This document shows, one piece after another, positions 36,590 to 50,500 of a stretch of DNA of 64,000 bases. The notes below the pieces were generated by a model. It had not been told where the DNA came from. It saw only the letters and a program-made list of their open reading frames with translations, and ran no database searches. The stretch is from Isurus oxyrinchus (lineage: Eukaryota). The position numbers were made by a program, and so were the translations under genes. Each line of letters opens with the position of its first letter. Position 1 is the stretch's first letter. The stretch covers positions 110,670,001 through 110,734,000 of the forward strand of contig JANJGN010000008.1 in assembly GCA_026770705.1 (NCBI GenBank), written 5' to 3'.

Positions 36590-39500
36590 CCACTCATTGG
36601 TGAATCTGCTAGTTCTCTCCACTCATTGGTGAAGCTGCTGGGTCTCTCCACTCCCCGGAGTGTCTGCTATTTCTTTCTACACGCTAATGCATGTACTAGT
36701 TCTCTCCACCCACTGGCTAATCAGCTATTTCCGTGCACTCACTGGTGAATCTGCTCTTTCCCTTCACTCACTGGTGTATCTGATAGTTCTTTCCACTAAC
36801 TGGCAAATCTTCTATTTTTTTCCACTCACTGGCAAATCTGCTATTGCTATCCACACACTGGTGAATCTGCTCATTCTTTCCTCCATTCACTTCCGAATCT
36901 GCTAGTTCCCTCCACTCACTGGCGAATCTGCTGAGGCTTCCACTCACTGGCAAATCTGGTGGTTCTTTCTCTCACTGGTGAATCTGCTAGTTCTGCCACT
37001 CACTGGCGAATCTGCTAGTTCTCCCACTCACTGGCGAGTCTGCGTCTTCTCCCAATCACTGGCGAATCTGCTTTTCTTCCACTAACCGGTGAATCTGCTT
37101 CTTCTCTTCCCTCACTGGAGAATCTGATTTTCCTGTGCCCTCAATGTTGAATCTGTTAGTTCTCTTCGCTCAATGATGCATCTGCGAGGTCTCTCCACTC
37201 ACTGGTGAATCTGATAGTTCCCTCCACACCCTAGCGAATATGCTATTTCTTCCATATACTGGTGAATCTGCTTGTTCTCTCTACACATTGGCGAAGCGGC
37301 TGGGTCTCTCCTCTCACTAGTGAATCTGCGAGCTCCCTCCACTCAGTGTTGAATCTGCTCATTCTGCCAATCACTGGCGAATTTGTTACTTCTTCTTGTC
37401 ACTGGTGAATCTGCCACTTCTGCTGCTTACTGGAGAATCTGCTAACTCTCCCACTTAATGGTGAATCTGCTAGGTCTCTCCCCTCACATGTGAATCAGCT
37501 AGTTCCATGCACTCACTGGTGAATCTGCACGAGATCTCACCTCACTGGTGAATCTGCTAGCTCCCTCCACTCACTGGCAAATCTGCTATTTCTCTCCACT
37601 TGCTGATGAATCTGCTCTTTCCCTCCACTCACTGGCGAATCTGCTTTTTCTCCCACTCACTGGCGAATTGTTAGTTCTTCCAATCTCTGGCAAATCTGCT
37701 CGTCATCCCCAGACACTATTGACATTGCTAGCTCTCTCCACTCAATGGTGATTCTGCTAATTCTGAAACCCACTGGCAAATCTTCTAGATTTCTGCACTC
37801 ACTAACGAATCTTCTTGTTTTTTTCTCACTGTTTGAATCTGCTTGTTGTCTCCATTCACTGGCGAATCTTGTAGTTCTTCCAGTCACTGGTGAATCTGCT
37901 TGTTGTCTGCACTCACTGGCGAATCTGCAGGTTCTCTCTTCTCACTGGTGAATCTGCTAGTTCTCTCCACTCACTGGCGAATCTAAAGGTTCTCTCCACT
38001 CACTGGTAAATCTGGTAGTTCCCTTCACTCATTGGCGAATCTGCTTGTTCCCTCAACTCACTGACAAATCTGCTATTTCTCTCCACAAACTGGTGAATAT
38101 GATAGATCTCTCCAATACTGGTGAATCTGCTAGTTCCTATATTCACTGGCGAATCAGTTAGTCCTCTCCACTCTCTGGAAAATCTCATAGTTCATTCCAC
38201 CACTGAGGAATCTGCTGGATCTTCCACTCACTGGCGAATCTGACAGTTCTCACACTCACTGGTGAATCTGCTAGAACTCTGCACTCACTGGAGTATCTGC
38301 TGGGTCTCTCCACTCACTGGTGATTCTGCTAGTTGTCTCCACTTACTGGCGAACCTGCTATTTGCCTCCACTCACTGGCGAATCTGCAAAACTCTGCACT
38401 CACTGGAGTATCTGCTGGGTCTCGCCACTCACTGACGATTCTGCTAGTTCTCCCACTCACTGGCAAATCTCCTAATTCTTCCACTCACTGGCGAATCTGA
38501 TAGCTCTTTCCACTAACTGACAAATCTGCTAGTTTTTCTTCCTCTCATTGGCGAATCTGCTATTGCTCTCCACACACTGGTGAATATGCTCAATCTTTCC
38601 ACTCACTGACAAATCTGCTATTTCTGCCACTTACTGGCGAATCAGCTAGTTCTTCCTCTCACTGGTGAATCTGCTATTTCTGCCACTCATTGGCGAATCT
38701 GCTAGTGCTCTCCACTCATTGGCGAGCTGCTAGGTCTTTCCACTCACTGGCAAATCTGCTATTTCTCTCCACTTGCTGACGCATCTGTTAGTTCTCACCA
38801 CTCACTGGTGAATCAGCTATTTCCGTCCACTCACTGATGAATCTGCTCGTTCCCTCCACTGGCTGGTGTATCCGATAGTTTTATCCACAAACTGGCAAAT
38901 CTTCTATTTTTTTCAACTCACCAGCGAGTCTGCTGTTGCTCTCCACACACTGGTGAATTTGGTCATTCTTTCCACTCACTGGCGAATCTGCTAGTTCCCT
39001 CCATTCGCTGAAGAATCTGCTGGTGCTTCCACTAACTGGATAAACTGCTAGTTCTTCCTCTCACTGGTGAATCTGCTAGTTCTGCGACTCATTGGTGAAT
39101 CTGCTAGTTCTCTCCACTCATTGGTGAAGCTGCTGGGTCTCTCCATTCCCTGGCGAATCTGCTATTTTTCTCTACACGCTAACGCATGTACTAGTTCTCT
39201 CCACCCACTGGCTAATCAGCTATTTCCGTGCACTCACTGGTGAATCTGCTCTTTCCCTCCACTCACTGGTGTATCTGATAGTTCTTTCCACTAACTGGCA
39301 AATCTTCTATTTTTTTCCACTCACTGGCGAATCTGCTATTGCTATCCACACACTGGTGAATCTGCTCATTCTTTCCTCCATTCACTTCCGAATCTGCTAG
39401 TTCCCTCCACTCACTGGCGAATCTGCTGGTACTTCCACTCACTGGCAAATCTGGTGGTTCTTTCTCTCACTGGTGAATCTGATAGTTCTGCCACTCACTG

Positions 39501-41555
39501 GCGAATCTGCTAGTTCTCCCACTCACTGGCGAATCTGCGTCTTCTCCCGATCACTGGCGAATCTGCTTTTCTTCCACTCACCGGTGAATCTGCTTCTTCT
39601 CTTCCCTCACTGGAGAATTTGATTTTTCTGTGCCCTCAATGTTGAATCTGCTAGTTCTCTTCTCTCAATGATGCATCTGCGAGGTCTCTCCACTCACTGG
39701 TGAATCTGATAGTTCCCTCCACACCCTGGTGAATATGCTATTTCTTCCATACACTGGCGAATCTGCTTGTTCTCTCATTACATTGGCGAAGCTGCTGGGT
39801 CTCTCCTCTCACTAGTGAATCTGCGAGCTCCCTCCACTCAGTGTTGAATCTGCTCATTCTGCCAATCACAGGCGAATTTGTTACTTCTTCCTGTCACTGG
39901 TGAATCTGCCACTTCTGCTACTTACTGGAGAATCTGCTAACTCTCCCACTTAATGGTGAATCTGCTAGGTCTCTCCCCTCACATGTGAATCTGCTAGTTC
40001 CATGCACTCACTGGTGAATCTGCTAGGTCTCTCACCTCACTGGTGAATCTGCTAGCTCCCTCCACTCACTGGCAAATCTGCTATTTCTCTCCACTTGCTG
40101 ACGAATCTGCTCTTTCCCTCCACTCACTGGCGAATCTGCTTCTTCTCCCACTCACTGGCGAATTGTTAGTTCTTCCAATCTCTGGCAAATCTGCTCGTCA
40201 TCCCCAGACACTGTTGACTTTGCTAGCTCTCTCCACTCAATGGTGATTCTGCTAATTCTGAAACCCACTGGCAAATCTTCTAGATTTCTGCACTCACTAA
40301 CGAATCTGCTTGTTTTTTTCTCACTGTTTGAATCTGCTTGTTGTCTCCATTCACTGGCGAATCTTGTAGTTCTTCCAGTCACTGGTGAATCTGCTTGTTG
40401 TCTGCACTCACTGGCGAATCTGCAGGTTCTCTTCTCACTGGTGAATCTGCTAGTTCTCTCCACTCACTGGCAAATCTAAAGGTTCTCTCCACTCACTGGT
40501 AAATCTGGTAGTTCCCTTCACTCATTGGCGAATCTGCTATTTCTCTCCACAAACTGGTGAATATGATAGATCTCTCCAATACTGGTGAATCTGCTAGTTC
40601 CTATATTCACTGGCGAATCAGTTAGTCCTCTCCACTCTCTGGAAAATCTCATAGTTCATTCCACCACTGAGGAATCTGCTGGATCTTCCACTCACTGGCG
40701 AATCTGACAGTTCTCACACTCACTGGTGAATCTGCTAGAACTCTGCACTCACTGGAGTATCTGCTGGGTCTCTCCACTCACTGGTGATTCTGCTAGTTGT
40801 CTCCACTTACTGGCGAACCTGCTATTTGCCTCCACTCACTGGCGAATCTGCAAAACTCTGCACTCACTGGAGTATCTGCTGGGGCTCGCCACTCACTGAC
40901 GATTCTGCTAGTTCTCCCACTCACTGGCAAATCTCCTAATTCTTCCACTCACTGGCGAATCTGATAGCTCTTTCCACTAACTGACAAATCTGCTAGTTTT
41001 TCTTCCTCTCATTGGCGAATCTGCTATTGCTCTCCACACACTGGTGAATATGCTCAATCTTTCCACTCACTGACAAATCTGCTATTTCTGCCACTTACTG
41101 GCGAATCAGCTAGTTCTTCCTCTCACTGGTGAATCTACTATTTCTGCCACTCATTGGCGAATCTGCTAGTGCTCTCCACTCATTGGCGAGCTGCTAGGTC
41201 TTTCCACTCACTGGCAAATCTGCTATTTCTCTCCACTTGCTGATGCATCTGTTAGTTCTCTCCACTCACTGGTGAATCAGCTATTTCCGTCCACTCACTG
41301 ATGAATCTGCTCGTTCCCTCCACTGGCTGGTGTATCCGATAGTTCTATGCACTAACTGGCAAATCTTCTATTTTTTTCAACTCACCAGCGAGTCTGCTGT
41401 TGCTCTCCACACACTGGTGAATTTGGTCATTCTTTCCACTCACTGGCGAATCTGCTAGTTCCCTCCATTCACTGAAGAATCTGCTGGTGCTTCCACTAAC
41501 TGGTGAAACTGCTAGTTCTTCCTGTCACTGGTGAATCTGCTAGTTCTGTGACTCA
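36590..41555 (+). repeat. About 2.5-kb near-identical tandem duplication within the satellite (copy 1 about 36590-39085, copy 2 about 39086-41555)
   Basis: Near-identical artefact ORFs at a constant 2,495-bp offset (36768/39263, 37548/40043, 37745/40240). The offset falls to 2,464 at ggtcat (38961/41425). Confidence 0.9.
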
Positions 41556-44500
41556 ATGACGAATCTGCTAGATCTCCCACTCACTGGTGAATCTTTGAGT
41601 TCTCCCTCTCATTGGTGAATCTTCTTTTCCTCCACTCACTGGTGAATCTGCTTGTTCTCTTCCCTCACTGGTGAATCTGCATTTTCTCTGCCCTCAATGG
41701 TGAATCTACTAGTTCTCTTCACTCATTGGCGCATCTGCGAGGTCTCTCCACTCAATGTTGAATCTGCCAGTTCAATCCACTCCCTGGCGAATCTGCTATG
41801 TCTTATATTCACTGGCATATCTGTTGGTTCTCTTTACACATTGGCAAAGCTGCTGGGTCTCTCCACTCACTAGTGAATCTGTGAGCTCCCTCCACTTACT
41901 GTTGAATCTGCTAGTTCTGACACTCACTGGATAATATGCTAGCTCTCCCACACATAGGTGCTTCTGCTAGGCCTCTCCCCTCACAGGTGAATCTGCTAGT
42001 TCCAACCACTCATTGGTGAATCTGCTAGGTCTCTCGGCTCACAGGTGAATCTCCTAGCTCCCTCCACTCACTGGCGAACCTGCTATTTCTCTCCACTCTC
42101 GGACGAATCTGCTAGTACTCTCCACTCACTGGCGAATCAGCTATATCCGTCCACTCACTGGAGAATCTGTTTGTTCCCTGCACGCACTGGCACATCTGCC
42201 AGTTCTCCCATTCAGTCTTGAACCTGCTAGTTCTTCCTCTCTCTGGCGAATCTGCTCATCATCCCCAGTCAATGGTGAATTTGCGAGTTCTTTCAACTCA
42301 CTGGTGATTCTGCTAATTTTCCCACCCACTGGCAAATCTTCTCGATTTCTCCAATCACTAGCGAATCTGCTTGTTTTTTTTCTCACTGGTGAATCTGCTT
42401 GTTGTCTCCATTCACTGGCGAATCTTCTAGTTCTTCCACTCACTGGCAAATCTGCTTTTACTCTCCACTCCATGGTGAATCTGCTAGTCCTCTCCACTCA
42501 CTAGTGAATCTGCTTGTTCTCTCCACTCACTGGCGCATCTCCTCATTCGCTCCACTCACTCTTGCATATACTAATTCTTCCACTCTCTGGCAGATCTGCT
42601 AGTTCTTCCACTCACTGGCGAATCTGCTAGTTCTCCCCACTCAGTTATGAATCTGCTAGCTCTTCCACTCACTGCTGAATCTGCTCGTTCTTCCACTCAC
42701 TGCAGGATCTGTTAGTTCTTCTAATCACTGGCGATCTGCAAGTTCTTCCACATACCGGTGACTCTGTCAGTTCTCCCAATCACTGGGGAATCTGCTAGTT
42801 CTCTTCACCCATTGGCGCATTTGTGAGGTGTCTCCACTCAATGGTGAATCTGCTAGTTCCCTCCACTCCCTGACAAATCTGCTTTTCTTCCACTCACTGG
42901 TGTATCTGCTTGTTCTCTCCTCTCACTGCTCAATCTGCTTGTTTTTTTCACTCACTGGTGAATCTGCTTCCTCTCTCCATTCACTGGCGAATCCGTTAGT
43001 TCTTCCACTCATTGGCAAAACTACTTGTACTGTCCACTCATTGGTCAATCTGCTTGTTCTCTCCACTCACTGGTGAATCTGTTAGTCCTCTCCACTCACT
43101 GGTGATTCTGCTTGTTCTCTCCACTCACTGGTGAATCTGCGAGTTCTCCCTCTCACTGGCGAATCTGCTTTTCTTCCACACACTGGTGAATCTGCTCATT
43201 CCCTCCACTCACTGACCAATTTTCCACTACTCTCCACTGACTAGCAAAACTGCTTGAACTATCCATTCACTGGTCAACCTGCTTGTTCTCTCCACTCACC
43301 ACTGAATCTGTTAGTCCTTTCCACTCACTGGTGAATCTGCTTGTTCTCTCCACTCATAGGCGAATCTGCTGGTTCTCTCCACACACTGATGAATCTGCTA
43401 ATTCTCTCCACTCACTGGTGAATCTGCGAGTGCTCCCTCTCACTGGCGAATCTTCTTTTCTTCCACTCACTGGTGAATCTGCTTGGTCTCTCCATTCACT
43501 GGTGAATCTGCTTGTTCTCTGCCCTCGGTGGCGAATCTGCTAGTTCTCTTCACTCATTGGCGCGTCTGTGAGGTCTCTCCACTCACTGGTGAATCTGCTA
43601 GTTCCCTCCACTCCCTGACGAATCTGCTATTTCTTCCATTCACTGGCGAATCTGCTTGTTCTCTCTGCACATTGGCAAAGCTGCTGGGTCTCTCCACTCA
43701 CTAGTCAATCTGCGAGCTCCCTCCACACATTGTCGAATCTCCTAGTTCTGCCACTCACTGGCGACTTTGCTACTTCTTCCTGTCACTCGTGAATCTGCAA
43801 ATTCTGCCAATCACTGGTGAATCTGCTAGCTCTCCCACTCACAGGCGAATCTGCTAGGTCTCTCCCCTCACAGGTGAATCTGCTAGTTCCATCCACTCAC
43901 TGGTGAATCTGCTAGGTCTCTCCCCTCACAGTTGAATCTGCTAGCTCCCTCCACTCACTGGTGAATCTGCTATTTCTGTCCACTCGCTGACGAATCTGCT
44001 ATTTCCCTCAGTCACTCTTGAAACTGTTAGGTCTTTCTCTCTCTGGCGAATCTGCTCATCATCCCCAGTCACTGGTGAATCTGCTAGTTCTCTCCACTCA
44101 CTGGTGAATCAGCTATTTCCGTCCACTCACTGGTGAATCTGCTCGGTCCCTCCACTCACTGGCTAATCTGCTAGTTCTCCCAATCACTCTTGAACCTGTT
44201 AGTACTTCTCTGGCAAATCTGCTCATCATCCCCAGTCACTGGTGAATTTGCTAGTTCTCTCAACTCACTGGTGATTCTGCTAATTCTCCCACCCAGTGGC
44301 AAATCTTTTAGATTTCTCCACTCATTAGCGAATCTGCTTGTTTTTATCTCACTAGTGAATCTGCTTGTTGTCTCCATTCACTGGCGAATCTTCTAGTTCT
44401 TCTACTCACTGGCAAATCTGCTTTTACTCTCCACTTTCTGGTGAATCTGCTAGTCCTCTCCACTCACTGGTGAATTTGCTTGTTCTCTCCACTCACTGGC

Positions 44501-47500
44501 GAATCTGCCAGTTCTTCCACTGACTGGCGAATCTACTTGTTCTCTCTACTCACTGACGAATCTGCTGGTTCTCTGGACTCACTGGTGAATCTGTTCGTTT
44601 ACTCCACTCACTGGCGAATCTGCTTCTTCTCTCTTCTCACTGGTAAGTCTGTTAGTTCCCTCCACTCATTGGCAAATCTGCTAGTTCTCCCACTCAGTGT
44701 CGAATCTGATAGTTCGCACAGTCACTGGCGAATCTGCTTGTTATCTCCAATCACTCTTGACCTGCTTGTTCTCTCCAATCACTGGCGAATCTCTTGGTTT
44801 CCTCCACTCACTGGCGAATTTTCTAGTCCTCTCCACTCATGGGTCAATCTGCTTGTTCTCTTGAAATACTGGCAAGTCAGCCATTTCTCTCCACTCAGAG
44901 GGGAATCTATTAGTTTTCTCCACTCACTGGCGAATCGGCTAGTTCTCTCCACTCACTGGTGAATTTGCTACTTCTTTCAACTCACTGGCAAATCTGCCTG
45001 TTCTCTCCATTCACTGGCAAATCTGTTAGTTTACTCCAATCACTGGTGAATCTACCAGCTCTTTCCACTCACTGCTGAATCTGCTATTTCCCTCCACTCA
45101 GCGGTGAATCTGTTAGTTCTCTCCAGTCACTGGCGAATCTGCTACTTCTCTCCACTCACTGGTGAATCAGCTTTTTCCATCCACTCACTGGTGAATCTTC
45201 TGATTCCCTCCACTCACTGTTGAATATGCTAGTTCTTCCAATCACTGGCAATTCTGCTAATGTTCGCCACTCACTGACAAATCTGCTAGTTCTCCCCACT
45301 CAACAATGAATCTGCTAGCTCGGCCACTCACTGGTGAATCTGCTAGTTCTTCCACTCACTGAGGAATCTGTAAGCTCTCTCAATCACTGGGGAATCTCCT
45401 AGTTTTCTCCACTCACTTGTGGATCTGCTTCTTCTCTCCATTCCCTGGTGAATCTGCTTCTTCTCTCCACTCACTGGTGTATCTGGCTGTTTTCTCCACT
45501 GAAGGACAAATCTGCTTTTTCTCTCCACCCAGTGATGAATTTGCTGTTTCTTCCACTCATTGGTGAATCTGCTCGTCATCCCTATTATCTGGTAAATTTG
45601 CTAGTTCTCTCCACTCACTGGTAATTCTGCTAATTCTCCCACCCACTGGCAAATCTTCTAGCTTTCTCCACTCATTAGCAAATTTGCTTGTTTTTCCACA
45701 ATGGTGAATCTGCTTGTTGTCTCCATTCACTGGTGAATCTTCTAGTTCTGCCACTCACTGGCAAATCTGCTTGTACTCTCCAGTCACTGGTGAATCTGCT
45801 AGTCCACTCCATTCACTGGTGTATCTGCTTGTTCTCTCCACTCATTGCCGAATCTGCCAGTTCTTCCACTCACTGGCAAATCTACTTGTACTCTGCAGTC
45901 ACTGGTGAATCTGTTCGTTTACTCCACTCACTGGCAAATCTGCTGGTTCTCTCTTCTCACTGATGAATCTGCTAGTTCTCTCCACTCATTGGCGAATCTG
46001 CTCGTTCCCCCAACTCACTGGCAAATCTGCTGTTTCTCTCCACTTACTGGTGAATCTGCTAGTTCTTACACTCACTGGCAAATCAGTTAGTACTCTCCAC
46101 TCTCTGGCGAATCTCATAGCTCACTCCACACACTGACGAATCTGCTAGTTCTTCCACACACTGACGAATCTGCTAGTTCTCACATTCATTGGCGAATCTG
46201 CTAGAACTCTCCACTCATTGGCGTATCTGCTAGTTCTCTCAAATCACTGGCGAATCTGCTTGTTATCTCCAATCACTGGTGAATCTGCTATTTCTCTCCA
46301 CTCGCTGAAAATCTCTGCTAGTTCTCTCCACTCAATGGCGAATCAGCTCGTTCTCCCACTCACTATTCAATCTGTTAGTTCTTCCTCTCACTGGTGAATC
46401 AGCTTTTCTTCCACTCACTGCTCAATCTGATCGTTTTTTTCACTCACTGGTGAATCTGCTTCTTTTCTCCATTCACTGGCGAATCCGTTAGTTCTTCCAC
46501 TCATTGGTGAAACTGCTTGTACTGTCCACTCACTGGTCAATCTGCTTGTTCCCTCCACTCACTGGTGAATCTGCTTGTTCTCTCCACTCACTGGTGAATC
46601 TGTGAGTTCTCCCTCTCACTGGCGAATCTGCTTTTCTTCCACACACTGGTGAATCTGCTCATTCCCTCCACTCACTGACCAATTTTCCACTACTCTCCAC
46701 TGACTGGCAAAACTGCTTGAACTCTCCACTCACTGGTCAACCTGCTTGTTCTCTCCACTCATCGCTGAATCTGTTAGTCCTCTCCACTCACTGGTGAATC
46801 TGCTTGTTCTCTCCACTCACAGTCGAATCTGCTGCTTCTCTCTACTCACTGGTGAATCTGCTAGTTCTCTCCACTCACTGGTGAATCTGCAAGTGCTTCT
46901 TCTCACTGGCGAATATGCTTTTCTTTCACTCACTGGTGAATCTGCTTGGTCTCTCCACTCACTGCTGAATCTGCTTGTTCTCTTCCCTCAATGGTGGATG
47001 TCCTACTTCTCTTCACTCACTGGCGCATCTGCTATTTCTCTCCAATCGCTGACAAATCTACTAGTTCTCTCCCCTCAATTGTGAATCAGCTATTTCCGTC
47101 CACTTGCTGGTCAATCTGATTGTTCCCTCCACTCACTGGCGAATCTGCTAATTCTCCCACTCACTGGCGAGTCTGCTAGATTTCTCTGCCCACTGGCGAA
47201 TCTGCTTTTTTTTTACTCTCACTGGTGAATATGCTTCTTCTCTCCATTCACTGGTGAATCTGCTAGTTCTCCCACTCACTGGAAAATCTGCTTGTTATCT
47301 CCAATCACTGGTGAACCTACTGGTTCTCTCCATTCACTTGTGAATCTGCTGGCTTCATCCACTCACTGGCGAATTTGCAAGTACTCTCCACTCACGGGTG
47401 AATCTGCTTGTTCTCCCCACTTACTGGCAAATCAGGTATTTCTCTCCACTCGTTGGCGAATCTCCTAATTCCCTCCACTCACTGCCGAATCTGCTTGTTC

Positions 47501-50500
47501 ACTACACAAACTGCTGAATCTGCTATTTCCCTCCACTCACTGCCGAATCTGCTAGTTCACTACACAGATGGCTGAATCGGCTATTTCCCTCCACTCAATG
47601 GCGAATCTGCTTGTTCTCTCCACTCACTGGTCAATCTGCTAGTTCTCTCCACTCACTGACAAATCTGGTTTTTCAATCCACTCACTGGCGAATCGGCTAG
47701 TTCCCTCAACTCAGTGGCAAATCTGCTATTTCTCTTGACAACTGATGAAATGTTCTCTCCAATCACTGCTGAACCTGCTTGTTCTCTCCATTCACTTGTG
47801 AATCTGCTGGCTTCATCCACTCACTGGCGAATTTGCGGGTACTAACCACTCACTTGCGAATCTGCTAGTTTCCTCCACTCACTGGTAAATGTGCTACTTC
47901 TCTCAACTCACAGGCAAATCTGTTTGTTCTCTCCATTCACTGGCGAATCTGTTAGTTTACTCCACTCACTGGCGAATGTACTTGTTCTCTCCACTCACCG
48001 CTAATCTGTTATTTCCCTCCTTTCACTGGTGAATATTCTCGTTCCCTCCACTCACTGTTGAATATGTTCGTTCTTCCACTCACTGGTGAATCTGCTAGTG
48101 TTCCCCACTGTCTGGCGAATCTGCTAGTTCTCCCCACTCAAATATGTATCTGCTAGCTCTTCCACTCACTGGTGAATCTGCTAATTCTTCTACTCACTGG
48201 CAGATCTGCAAGTTCTTCCACACACCGGTGAATCTGTAAGTTCTCCCAATCTCTGGTGCATCAGCTATTTCTCTCCACTCGCTGACGAATCTGATAGTTC
48301 TCTCCATGCACTGGCGAATCAGCTATTTTCATACACTCACTGGTGAATCTGCTCTTTCCCCCCAATCGCTGGTGAATCTGCTTGTTGTCCAACTTACTGC
48401 TGAATTGGCTAGCTCTTCCTCTCTCTTGTGAATTTGCTCCTTATCTCCAGTCATTGGTGAATCTGCTTGTTCTCCACACTCACTGGTGCATCTGCTAATT
48501 CTCCCACTCACTGGAGAAACTGCTAGATTTCTCCATCCACTGGCGAATGTGATTTTTTTCTTCCACTCACTGGTGAATCTGCTTGTACTCTCCACTCACT
48601 GGTCAATCTGCTTGTTCTTTCCACTCACTGCTGAATCTGTTAGTCCTCTCCAAAAACTGGTGAATCTGCTATTTTGCTCAACTCACTGACAATTCTGCTA
48701 TTTCTCCTAATAAACTGGTGAATCTGCAAGTTCTCTCCACTCACTGGTGAATCTGCTAATTCTCTCACTCACTGGTGAATCTGTGAGTTCTCCCTCTCAC
48801 TGGCGAAACTGCTTTTCTTCCACTCACTAGTTTATCTGCTTGTTCTCTCCCCTCACTGCTGAATCTACTTCTTCTCTTCCCTCAATAGTGTATCTGCTAG
48901 TTCTCTTCACTCACTGGTGCATCTGCTAGGTCTCTCCATTCATTGGCGAATCTGCTAGTTCTCTTCACTCATTGGTGAATCTGCTAGGTCTCTCCAGTCA
49001 CAGGTGAATCTGCTCTTTCTTCCATTCAATGACGAATTTCGTTGTTCTCGCTACTCATTGGTGAAGCTGCTGGGCTTCTCCACTCACTGGAGAATCTGCT
49101 AGTTCCCTCCAATCACTTGCGAATCTGCTATTTCTCTCCACTCGCTGACGAATCTGATAGTTCTCTCCATGCACTGGCGAATCAGCTATTTTCATCCACT
49201 CACTGGCGAATCTGCTCGTTCCCTCCACTCACTGGCGAATCTGGCAGTCCTCCCACTCACTTTTGAATCTGCTAGTTCTTCCTCTCTTTGGCGAATCTCC
49301 TCGTCATCTTCAGTCACGGGTGAATCTGCACTTTCTCTCCACTCACTGGTGAATCTGCTAATTGTCCCTCTCACTGGCGAATCTGATTTTCTTCAACTCA
49401 CTGGTGAATCTGTTTGTTTTCTCCCCTCACTGCTGAATCTACTTCTTCTCTTCCCTCGATGGTGAATTTGCTAGTTCTCTTCACTCACTGGTGCATCAGC
49501 TATTTCTCTCCACTCGCTGACGAATCTGATAGTTCTCTCCATGCACTGGCGAATCAGCTATTTTCATGCACTCACTGCTGAATCTGCTCGTTCCCCCCAC
49601 TCACTGTTGAATCTGCTAGTTGTCCAACTTACTGCTGAATCTGCTAGCTCTTCCTCTCTCTTGTGAATTTGCTCCTTATCTCCAGTCATTGGTGAATCTG
49701 CGTGTTCTCCACACTCACTGGTGCTTCTGCTAATTCTCCCACTCACTGGCGAATCTGCTAGATTTCTCCACCCACTGGAGAATGTGATTTTTTTCTTCCA
49801 CTCACTGGTGAATCTGCTAGTTATTCCACTCACTGGTGAATCTGCTTGTACTCTCCACTCACTGGTCAATCTGCTTGTTTTCTCCAGCCACTGCTGAATC
49901 TGTTAGTTCTCTCCAAAAACTGGTGAATCTGCTAGTTCGCTCAAATCACTGGCAAATCTGCTATTTCTCCTAACAAACTGGTGAATCTGCTAGTTCTCTC
50001 CACTCACTGGTGAATCTGCTAATTCTTCCACTCAGTGGCAAATATGTTAGTACTCTCCACTCACTGCCGAATCCCATAGATCTCTCCACCCACAGACAAA
50101 TCTGCTGGTTCTTCCACTCACTGGCAAATCTGCTAGCTCTTCCACTCAATGGTGAATCTGCTTGTACTCTCAACTCACTGGCGAATCTGCTAGTTCTCTC
50201 CATTCACTGGTGAATCTGTAAGTTTACACCACTCACTAGCGAATCTGCTGGTACTCTCGACTCTCTGGTGCAACAGTTAGTTCTCTCCACTCACTGGCGA
50301 ATCTGCTAGTTCCCTCAACTCACTGGCACATCGGCTATTTCTCCCAACAAACTGGTGAATCTGATAGTTCTCTCCACTCACTGGTGAATCTACTAATTCT
50401 TCCATTCATTGCCGAATCTCATAACTCTCTCCACTCACTGATAAATCTGCTGGTTCTTCCACTCATGGCAAATCTGTTAGTTCTCACACTCACTGGCGAA

